Shown piece by piece: positions 55,838 through 64,000 of a stretch of DNA of 64,000 nt. The translations under genes and the position numbers were made by a program. The notes under the pieces are model-generated. The model was not told the origin of the DNA and did no database searches. It saw only the letters and a list, made by a program, of their open reading frames with translations. Source of the DNA: Epithemia pelagica (Eukaryota; Protista; Bacillariophyta); assembly GCA_946965045.2 (NCBI GenBank), contig OX337230.1:620001-684000 (forward strand), in the 5' to 3' direction. Position 1 is the first letter of the stretch, and every line of letters begins with the position of its first letter.

Positions 55838-57010
55838 ATGAAGTTTACTTTGCTTGCCTCTTCCTTTGCTGCCGTTTCGGCCTTTGCCCCTGCTGCTTTG
55901 CGAAGCCACCAATCCTCCACTAGCCTTGATGCTTTGAAGGAAGGACAAACACCCGTCGTGATTGGTGTCGCCGCCGATTCCGGTTGCGGAAAGTCCACTT
56001 TTATGCGCCGTTTGACCAACATTTTCGGCGGAGATGTTGTCGGACCCCTTGGCGGTGGATTCGACGCCGAAGGTGGCTGGGAAACTAACACCCTTGTGTC
56101 TGACTTGACCACTGTCATCTGCTTGGACGACTACCATTTGAACGACCGTGCCGGACGTAAGGTCACTGGTCTTACCGCCCTCAACCCCCTTGAAAACAAC
56201 TTCGACCTCATGTACGAACAAGTCAAGGCCTTGAAGGAAGGAAAGACTGTCGAGAAGCCCATCTACAACCACGTCAACGGAACCCTTGACACCCCCGAAA
56301 AGATTGAACCCACTCCCATCATCATCTTTGAAGGTCTTCACCCTTTCCACGATGAACGTGTCCGTGAACTCATGGACTTCTCCCTCTACCTTGATATCTC
56401 CCCTGATGTGAAGTTGAACTGGAAGATCCAACGTGACATGGAAGAACGTGGCCACTCTCTTGAATCCATCATGGCCTCCATCGAAGCCCGCAAGCCCGAT
56501 TTCGACGCCTTCATTGACCCCCAGAAGAAGTTGGCCGACTTGGTCATTGAAGTCCTCCCCACTGCCCTCGATGAAGAAGACAAGAAGACCCTCCGTGTCC
56601 GATGCATCCAAATGCAGGGTGTCGAAAACTACAACCCATGCTACTTGTTCGACGAAGGCTCCAACATTGAATGGGTTCCTTCCGCCGACAAGCTCTCTTC
56701 CCCTGCCCCAGGAATGAAGTTGGCCTACTACCCCGAAACTTACGGTGTCAAGGAAGCCGCCATTGTCGAAATGGACGGAAGCTTCGACAACATCCAAGAA
56801 TTGGTCTACGTTGAATCTGCCCTCAGCAACACCAACACCAAGTTCTTTGGTGAATTGACCCAAGCCATGCTCAACTTGGCTGATGCTCCTGGATCCAACA
56901 ATGGAACCGGTTTGATGCAAACTCTTGCCGCCTTTGCCATCAGATCCATCTATGAAAAGATCTCGGCCGTCAACGAAGCCAAGATGGCCGAAGCCGCCGC
57001 CTCCTCTTAA
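55838..57010 (+). CDS. PRK: Phosphoribulokinase, plastid-targeted
   Basis: Signal peptide + VSA|FAP transit; VIGVAADSGCGKSTFMRR; VICLDDYH; EGLHPF; YLDISPDVKLNWKIQRDMEERGH; strong codon bias. Confidence 0.98.
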   Translation: MKFTLLASSFAAVSAFAPAALRSHQSSTSLDALKEGQTPVVIGVAADSGCGKSTFMRRLTNIFGGDVVGPLGGGFDAEGGWETNTLVSDLTTVICLDDYHLNDRAGRKVTGLTALNPLENNFDLMYEQVKALKEGKTVEKPIYNHVNGTLDTPEKIEPTPIIIFEGLHPFHDERVRELMDFSLYLDISPDVKLNWKIQRDMEERGHSLESIMASIEARKPDFDAFIDPQKKLADLVIEVLPTALDEEDKKTLRVRCIQMQGVENYNPCYLFDEGSNIEWVPSADKLSSPAPGMKLAYYPETYGVKEAAIVEMDGSFDNIQELVYVESALSNTNTKFFGELTQAMLNLADAPGSNNGTGLMQTLAAFAIRSIYEKISAVNEAKMAEAAASS

Positions 57011-57639
57011 ATCTGTTGATACTATCCAGGGAACCTAATCGCGCTGTCGATTCTCCAGAAATCTAAACTCAACCTCTTTAACTCTTATTAGAAACAACGA
57101 AATTCATCCATGCCAGATTAGTCCTACAGAGAAATCCGTGGGATACATTTGCCAGAGCCCACTATGTCGGATTCTGTAGTGTCAATTTTCCGAGCCAATG
57201 TTGTCGGTCGATGTCGACGAACCTGACGGCAAGACCAGAAACAGAAATGACGAGACGAGAAAACATGCTCAAGTCCTCAACGCTTCTCATCTCGACCTTG
57301 GTTGCAAACCTCTCAACTGAACTCGCGAATCCCGTTGGATGATTAAATGGGACACTGTGCCGTAGGCGAAGGTATGGACGGTCGGAAATATACTACTTGT
57401 AAGACATGCTTCTGTTCTTTCCACAAGGATTCTAAAAGACATTGCTAGTGCTACATTTACAAATGAACAAGTCAAAAGTATTGCGACATTGTGCGCAATC
57501 TTCTTCCATGGTCAGTCCACTCATCCAGCACCAATGAGGACTGGTTTTCCACCAAGATGATCAGATCGAACCTCATTGAACCAGAAGCAAACGATCCACA
57601 ACTTTGAGAGGGATCATCATATGGTGGTCTCCAGTCTCG

Positions 57640-58884
57640 TTAGGTTGGAGTTGATGATATGGATGGTTGTAGATTGACAATTACAAAACCCGCCACAACC
57701 GCCAAGGCACCCAACAACGACGCGGCCGAGAGGACATGAGGGGTTTGCAAAATGAGCAAATCGGTCAAGAATCCCATGGGTACAATCAGACCCAATCCGA
57801 CACTCACAACAGTGGCATCTCCAGTCAACACAATGGCTCGGAAACACAGGTACTCGGACAAGACATAGTCCAAAAAGCCTCGGAGCAACAACAAAGCGAC
57901 AAAGTAGAGTATGGTGGAGGCAGTCACTGCCGAAGCCCCTGCCAACGTCAATTGAATAATGTTGGGTATAGTCCAGAGCGCCACAGGGAGCAAGGCTACT
58001 TGTACGGTCAAGCCTACACAGCCCAGCAAAAGACCAACGGAATAGAGGGATTCGTCTTGTGGACATTCAATGCGTGCTTGCAAGGCGTAGGAAGCATAGG
58101 CCAAACCCGACAAGAGAGCATAAATGTCTCCCTGCAAACTTTCTTGAGGCCCCGAGCTTGATTCGTCTGTTTCCGATGACGAAGAATCGTGATAGGCTGT
58201 CAAGGTTGTCCCCAGCAAGGCGAGCAAACAACCAGCTAGTTTCCAATAGGTGAATCGTTCGACTCGTACCAGTACCGCCAAGACGAAGCAAAAGACACCA
58301 TTGGTACTGGTCAAGACAGAAGCAGAGGCCAAGGATGTTTTCTGCAGTGCAATGTTAAACCACCAATTGGCGGCAAACCAACAAGGTGCAATTTTGGCTC
58401 CTACGACCAAATGTTGGGAATAGTTCCATGGAAGAGGGCTTTGTTGCGACGCCTGTCGAGATGATTCAGCTGTTTGTTGTTCCAATTCGGTCAATTCGCA
58501 GTTTTGGTAACTGGTTGTAGATGACAGGGAGGAATCATGTGTATTCCTGGCGTAAAGCAATGATCGAACGTGTTTGTCGTGATGGACACCATGTTTGATA
58601 GTATGGTCATTGTCGTCCCGGTTGCGTGTTTGTTCGCCGACAGATGATGGAAGCCATTGGAAACCACACCAATGAAATGGTATCAAAAATAAGAAGCTGG
58701 TTGCCCCAACGTAGGCAAAGACAAAGGGAGATTCCAGTTCATCGGGAATCGAATCGTAGATGAATTGGACAAAGGCGGAGCCGATATCCCATAACACAAC
58801 GGCGAGCACCAAGAAACAGAGACCAAGGGTGTAGGGCGTTATGGCAATTCCATCCTTATTGCGGAGTCGTAACATTGTCATCAA
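57640..58884 (-). CDS. SLC35F5/THI74-like DMT (EamA) transporter
   Basis: APCWFAANWWFNIALQKTSLASASVLTSTNGVFCFVLA; GDIYALLSGLAYASY; VVSVGLGLIVP. Confidence 0.85.
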   Translation of the reverse strand: MMTMLRLRNKDGIAITPYTLGLCFLVLAVVLWDIGSAFVQFIYDSIPDELESPFVFAYVGATSFLFLIPFHWCGFQWLPSSVGEQTRNRDDNDHTIKHGVHHDKHVRSLLYARNTHDSSLSSTTSYQNCELTELEQQTAESSRQASQQSPLPWNYSQHLVVGAKIAPCWFAANWWFNIALQKTSLASASVLTSTNGVFCFVLAVLVRVERFTYWKLAGCLLALLGTTLTAYHDSSSSETDESSSGPQESLQGDIYALLSGLAYASYALQARIECPQDESLYSVGLLLGCVGLTVQVALLPVALWTIPNIIQLTLAGASAVTASTILYFVALLLLRGFLDYVLSEYLCFRAIVLTGDATVVSVGLGLIVPMGFLTDLLILQTPHVLSAASLLGALAVVAGFVIVNLQPSISSTPT

Positions 58885-58966
58885 CCATCAACCTTTCTGT
58901 TGTGACGACATTTGGAATGACATCTCTTTGTGAATGATTATTTTACGGTCTAAAACAATTGGACTC

Positions 58967-60258
58967 CTAAGCGGTGGGTTCGCAAAGGAGGGGTGTTTCG
59001 TCCGTGACACTAAGGAACTGTGCCTGAGGGGCGGGGGAGTAGATGGGAGTGACCGGAGCAAAACATGGTGTAGCCAGATTTTGCAACTGAGTGGTTCTTG
59101 TTTTTCTCTTTGTTTGGTGTTGTCGTATCGCGGCGATGTTGTTGTTGGCATGGGTTGCCAGTGCAGAAACGATTGCGTGGCCAAGGGAGGCTTTTGCATA
59201 GTGCCCGATTGAGTAGATATGTGCTTCTGGGTACGAGAATTTTTTTGTTTTGCTGTTGGCGGCGGTAAGGAGGTTGCTTGGTGCGTCTGACGCTTCTTGA
59301 AAGAGTCTGTATACCTCAGGATGTGCTTTGCTTCTTTTTTCGTCTTTTCCGAAGAAGGCGCTGGTCCAAGGGGGTGGTTGTGTCGGGGAGAACAGATGTG
59401 GTTGAAAAGCTGAGGGAAAAAGGAGACGGTCTGCGAACGAACCAATCGCTCCAAGATGGTCTACCGTAAAAGGTATGAGGTATATGCCGTTGTGGAGAAG
59501 GTGTTTTGATGTCTCGGGGTCTTTGCAAAACTTAGCCCTTGCCGCTTCTTGATGCGTCCTGGATGCCAAAGTGGCGAGTGTGTTGTGGTCGGACGGGTCA
59601 AGAATGGTTTGGGGTTGTTGGGGGGTGGGGGTGGGATGGTAATGTCAATCGCGACATATTGAAACGGTGAGTTTTTGTGCGGCTTGGACAGGAGCATACC
59701 GACGTCTGCTGGTCTAATGTTTCTTTGGTGCTGTGGTGTCAAACCTGGGGGTTCGATGTGGACATCATGGGGAGTGTCAACGGCTTCGGCTGCTGGAGCG
59801 ATTTGGCGGAGAATGTCATAGAGTGTGTCTCTTATGGCATTGGACAGAGGTGTTTTGGAAGCAGAGGCGCACGAGTACAGACGGTCACCCATTGGATCGA
59901 TCGCTTTTGTGGCTGAGCAGCGACATCGTTGGGGCCAGGATTGTGTGGGGTCTCGGACAAACAAAGGTAATCTCAATTTTCGTTTGATAGCGGTTTGGAA
60001 AACTCTGTTTTGGAAACGGAATTTGGTTGCGGTTAGTGGAAGGGAGAGAGCCATGCTTGTGAGGGGCGAAAGTAAGCCGGGCAAGAAGATTCGCTGTGTT
60101 GGGTCGGTTTCTGTGAATAGTTTTGGGATTGTGTGCTCTTGCACAGTGTGGTTCAAAAGGCGGTTGTGTGTTGTGTGATCATACCTCGTTGGTACGTATA
60201 GGCTCTCTTCGGCGTATTCGTTTGCAAAAAGTGACAAAGTCTTACGGAAGGTTGTCAT
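58967..60258 (-). mobile_element. Decayed 3' fragment of an RLE-type (CRE-like) non-LTR retrotransposon
   Basis: FQTAIKRKLRLP..CRC..DPMGDRLYSC..KTPLSNAIRD (knuckle His positions appear mutated), RPADVG..AIDITI; after a frameshift, LIPFTVDHLGAIG. No RT core is present. Confidence 0.7.
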
Positions 60259-60807
60259 ATGTTCGTCGGTACTATCTTTCCAGTTTGACAGTTCTCGTTG
60301 GTGAACTAGTGGGATTGGCGTGTCGGTTGATGTTGCCAGAGCTATCGCCCTGGCTGTGTTAGAATTCTCACCGTCTATGGTGGTTAGATTCTACATCTCA
60401 TCGATTCCTCATGTCACATAGCCTCGTGCTATCGCATCATGCCATCTAGCTTCGAGCTATGTTCCCTAGCTTTGCGCTATATCGACCTATATTTCTTCGC
60501 AAATCATGAAAAGTGAGAATAGATTGACGAACTCACTCTCAAGACTAAACTGGGTCGTGCGGTATTACAACGGACGTAAATTTGGCCGTTGCTCGGACAT
60601 TATACTAACGCCCTAAGCATACGCGCCCGAAATCATCGAGCGCGCCCAAGCGACATCCGAGCGCTGTCGGCATCTATCCGACCCAACGGTCTAAGTATCC
60701 CAAGCACGACACACGATCACGCGAGACCATATTTCCATTCCCACAATCTCCAAATTGTCAACAAGCTGCGCGCCATGAAAACAACTATGCCAACCCAAAG
60801 CAAGAGC

Positions 60808-61147
60808 TGTTGACCCTGTATATGTTATCCACCCACATATACATGTCATATACATCACATGAATCGACTCCAACTATTCCAAACCTGTTGCCGCCAAGAA
60901 CCTATGACACATGACCCTTGGCAGGACCGAACATTTCACGTAGACCTATCGTAGTAATCAACACACAATCTAACAATATCACCATTTATCACATCCTCTT
61001 TTGTGTCCCGACTATCCTTCTGATAGACTTCGACTTGCTTGCTTCTCTGACCCTGAGAAGCTTGTATCGGTTGGTGACCTACCTGATTGTCTGCTCTACC
61101 GAGCATCAATGTCCCTACGATTCAGAAAGAATTGTAACAGATTAACA
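60808..61147 (+). repeat. Candidate 5' LTR (340 bp)
   Basis: Starts TGTTGA and ends TTAACA (inverted termini); followed directly by gtctcaaagc, resembling a PBS. The 3' LTR and target-site duplication cannot be checked here. Confidence 0.65.
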
Positions 61148-61175
61148 GTCTCAAAGCTTATTTCCTTGTGGTTTC

Positions 61176-61955
61176 ATGGATTCTAACGAGCTTATCACTC
61201 CTGTACGACAGATCTATCGAGCCAAACTGCATCCCGGGCAGCCCGATACCCTGGTGCAGCAGGAACTGGTGCCGACGCCGAAGGCAGCCAACACATCGGT
61301 CAACATCTCCGTCGACAGTTCCAACAGCAACCCATTCGAGACTCCAACCCAGCCTCACGCTCCGATCCCTGCGCCGTTGCTTCGGCCCCCGAGTCCGCCT
61401 CGTCGGCTCGTCCCTTCTCGATCCCGTCGTACCACCCGGTTGATTGCTGATCATATCAAGTACTTCCGTCAACCAACTTGTTCGACCTTCGATCCCGAGA
61501 TCATCCGTGGGGAGACCCAGATGGAACGCCAGTTCCAATCGGTGACCCACATCGTCGACCAAGAAGACATTGACCGTCTGAACGACCAACTTCACCGTTC
61601 TCCGAGGCGTCGCCTCATCTTGGCCGCCCTCTCGGGCAACCCCATCCGTACTGTCCACCTCCGCTTCCTAACCTTCGAGCGCCCAACTGGATACTACAAT
61701 ACCATCCACGTCGTGAACGCGACAACTTGCCCTCTGCCTCCTAACGTTGTACGCCTAGATAACTACGTTGCCTACATCCACGAGGTCCATACCATCGAGG
61801 ACCATCGTGCAACTATCTACCCTTTGCGTACCGAGGTCGAGAACCACCTGGCTGAAGGTGATACCCCTTCTTCTGTTGCTTGTGCTGCCCCATCTGAGCC
61901 TGGAAACGACTCTGATCATTCGGAAGAGAGTGAGGATTCGGAGACCGAAGCTTAA
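61176..61955 (+). CDS. Upstream ORF (259 aa) inside the copia element, unknown function
   Basis: ATG 29 nt after the candidate LTR; P/R-rich N-half, globular-looking C-half, acidic tail; no stops. Confidence 0.65.
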   Translation: MDSNELITPVRQIYRAKLHPGQPDTLVQQELVPTPKAANTSVNISVDSSNSNPFETPTQPHAPIPAPLLRPPSPPRRLVPSRSRRTTRLIADHIKYFRQPTCSTFDPEIIRGETQMERQFQSVTHIVDQEDIDRLNDQLHRSPRRRLILAALSGNPIRTVHLRFLTFERPTGYYNTIHVVNATTCPLPPNVVRLDNYVAYIHEVHTIEDHRATIYPLRTEVENHLAEGDTPSSVACAAPSEPGNDSDHSEESEDSETEA

Positions 61956-62275
61956 TTACTCATAGTTAACTCCCGTCCTCTCAAAACCTTTCCAAGACTT
62001 AAACTCAACGCACATCCGGGTACCCTTGGTCACACAACACGCCACACATTCCCGTCAAATCGCGAAAATTCGGCGAAAATTTGTTGAAACTCGGCGAAAA
62101 TTTGTCGGAATCAACGGAAATTTCCAGGAGTCGCACATCACAACACACATCCGGGTATTACATACGTGGTACATACGTGGCACACGTGGTACATCCGGGT
62201 TCACATCACATCACACATTAAATAAACCACATCACACCGCACATTAAATAAACATCGAACCAACCAAATAACACC

Positions 62276-64000
62276 ATGGATCCTCAATCACCCAAGACAC
62301 CTACGACTCCTAAGGGAGAAGATAACCAAGACAATGTCTCGGACACAGACCTATTCGACCACATCATATTTACTGTCTGCCAATTCTTTACCAAAGAAAG
62401 GGCTGACTACTTAATGAAGTGGATGAAATACCATGGTTTTGAGAACATTACCCATGTTATCTCGTATATGCAAACTAATACCGAGGAATCCATGAAGGAA
62501 CTGACACAGTACAAGGTCAACAAACAGACACATGATCTACAAGGCCCCACAAGACAGCAGATCAAGCTCTTGGCTTATTGGGCCATATACAAGACCAATG
62601 AAATTCAAGACGAGCTATCCAATAGCGACTGGATGAACCTAACGAGGAAAGAGTTCAACACTTGGAGGATCAACACAGATTTCTCTAAGGGACCACCTAG
62701 TCAAGTCCCAGTCTCGCCAATGAAGTCACCGTCATCTGTGAAATCTGTCAGCACAGTTACTGCCGCATCCCAATCTCAACAAGACCTTACAGCATTCAGG
62801 AAGGGAACTAAGCGCGACGCAACTGCATATGAGGTATTCAAGGATGAACGATACTACGATTCATTCTGGCGTGTATTCAAGACTACAGCTAAGGCTCAAG
62901 GCCTATCCAACGTTCTGAATTTCAAATACACACCACCCCATGATGATGAGTATGCCGAAGAACTTTTCCAAGAGCAACAAGTATTTCTTTACTCTGTTCT
63001 TGTCCGTATCATTCAGACTGACCAAGGTCGAGCCTATGTACGTGAACATGAACATGATGAAGATGCGCGTGCCGTATTGCAGAAGTTACATTCTTTGCAT
63101 ACCGAATCCGACCTAGCAAAGCGAGAGGTCCTCCGTTTAACCAACTACATTTCCAATCTACGTCTTGACGACACATGGCGCGGAACAACACGTCAATTTC
63201 TTCTACACTTTCAAGAGCAGCTACGTTTGCTAGACAATCTAGTGACATTGTCTGATCGCATCCCTGATCATACCAGGATGACCTTCCTCATGCAAGCTGT
63301 AGAAAAGGTACCTGATCTCCGCCGAGTCAAGATCTTGGATAATGTGGTGAACACCAAATCCGGTGCAAAATCCCTTTGCTATCAATCATACTTCCGTCTC
63401 CTTCTAGACGCAGCTTATGACCATGATCAAGCAACCCAGTCATCTGTTCATAGTCGCCGTCGACATGTCAAACAACATGAATCACTATATGGCCAAGATA
63501 CAGATGCTGACATAACCTCACAAGATGATATGGAGTATCATGTCCACAACACCACAGCGACATCTGAATCTCCATCCTCTTTGTCCAAGGTTAGTCTACC
63601 GCGTGACCTATGGTTCAAACTTTCTGAAGAAGATCGCAAGTTGATCATTGAGTATAACAAGATGATTCAAGCACCTTCATCAACAACACCGAGGAAAGTG
63701 CAAACACATGCCCTCGACATTGATCCGGAACCTGATCCTGACCCCAACCAAGTTGCATCTGATGACGACTCACCTGGCGTAGTCCCTGAGCATCCAGATG
63801 ACTCAGATCCGGTTACACAATTTATCAACCAAGCCATGACGACTGATATCAATCACCCGGCAACTGACCTGACTAGTGTTCTTTCTAACGCCAAGTCCAA
63901 GACGAGCAAGAAGGTTACTTTCAAAACCAACATGCATAAACAAGCAGGACATGTTCCACGCTATCTGTTTTCCAGGAAATCTACTTTACCAGGAAATCAA
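62276..64000 (+). CDS. gag: Copia Gag(-Pol) polyprotein N-terminus, open to the window end
   Basis: My translation shows no stop over ~575 codons (so it is missing from the ORF track). Diatom copia gag-type motifs FRKGTKRDATAYEVFKDERYYDSF, AKAQGLSNVL, WRGTTRQFLLHFQEQLRLLD. Confidence 0.85.
   Translation, partial: MDPQSPKTPTTPKGEDNQDNVSDTDLFDHIIFTVCQFFTKERADYLMKWMKYHGFENITHVISYMQTNTEESMKELTQYKVNKQTHDLQGPTRQQIKLLAYWAIYKTNEIQDELSNSDWMNLTRKEFNTWRINTDFSKGPPSQVPVSPMKSPSSVKSVSTVTAASQSQQDLTAFRKGTKRDATAYEVFKDERYYDSFWRVFKTTAKAQGLSNVLNFKYTPPHDDEYAEELFQEQQVFLYSVLVRIIQTDQGRAYVREHEHDEDARAVLQKLHSLHTESDLAKREVLRLTNYISNLRLDDTWRGTTRQFLLHFQEQLRLLDNLVTLSDRIPDHTRMTFLMQAVEKVPDLRRVKILDNVVNTKSGAKSLCYQSYFRLLLDAAYDHDQATQSSVHSRRRHVKQHESLYGQDTDADITSQDDMEYHVHNTTATSESPSSLSKVSLPRDLWFKLSEEDRKLIIEYNKMIQAPSSTTPRKVQTHALDIDPEPDPDPNQVASDDDSPGVVPEHPDDSDPVTQFINQAMTTDINHPATDLTSVLSNAKSKTSKKVTFKTNMHKQAGHVPRYLFSRKSTLPGNQ

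Larger units (their letters stand above)
60808..64000 (+). mobile_element. Ty1/copia (CoDi-like) LTR retrotransposon, 5' part; continues past the window edge
   Basis: Candidate LTR with TGTT..AACA ends, followed by an extra ORF and an uninterrupted diatom copia-type gag. Confidence 0.85.

Noticed and set aside
55661-56920. 419-aa antisense ORF opposite PRK, and similar long shadow ORFs (1472-2854, 12573-13592, 15350-16234, 18674-19552, 20916-21995)
   Set aside because: Explained by codon bias and low complexity of the real sense genes; no domain motifs.
60540-60807. Short ORF fragments between the CRE relic and the LTR
   Set aside because: Too short and interrupted to assign to either element.
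1-64000. Bacterial origin or contamination (NRPS-like, mtnK and HemK-like genes)
   Set aside because: Spliceosomal introns (including in mtnK), bipartite plastid targeting, and flanking eukaryote-specific genes indicate nuclear DNA.

Overview
Eukaryotic nuclear DNA, most likely from a pennate diatom. Support: GT-AG spliceosomal introns, a phosphoribulokinase with a bipartite 'VSA|FAP' plastid pre-sequence, a diatom-type (CoDi-like) Ty1/copia gag, and HA-domain and PPR proteins of diatom style. About 22 protein genes can be supported. Left to right: the 3' part of a membrane-bound NRPS-like enzyme (A-T-[TM+LbH]x3, epsilon-poly-lysine-synthetase architecture), a ZIFL/TOM-like MFS transporter, a CRAL/TRIO-like+bZIP gene with a duplicated 3' end, RAD18, an interrupted CCCH-zinc-finger/DnaJ locus, a head-to-head GT92 / SGT1(GT96)-like pair, an NPPF methyltransferase, a PPR protein, an MtnK-like kinase, a RING+HA protein, two tandem mTERF-repeat/DEDDy-exonuclease fusions, a CRT-like transporter, a PA+degenerate prolyl-4-hydroxylase, a RING+BED-like protein, sterol C24-methyltransferase, an unknown membrane protein, an EDR2-C protein, PRK and an SLC35F-like transporter. 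The window ends with a decayed CRE-like non-LTR fragment and the 5' half of an apparently intact copia element carrying an extra ORF between LTR and gag. Strongest leads: the Pls-like synthetase, the mTERF-exonuclease pair, three RAD18-type RING proteins with different C-terminal modules, and the copia upstream ORF. All family calls come from motifs recognised by eye; no database search was run.
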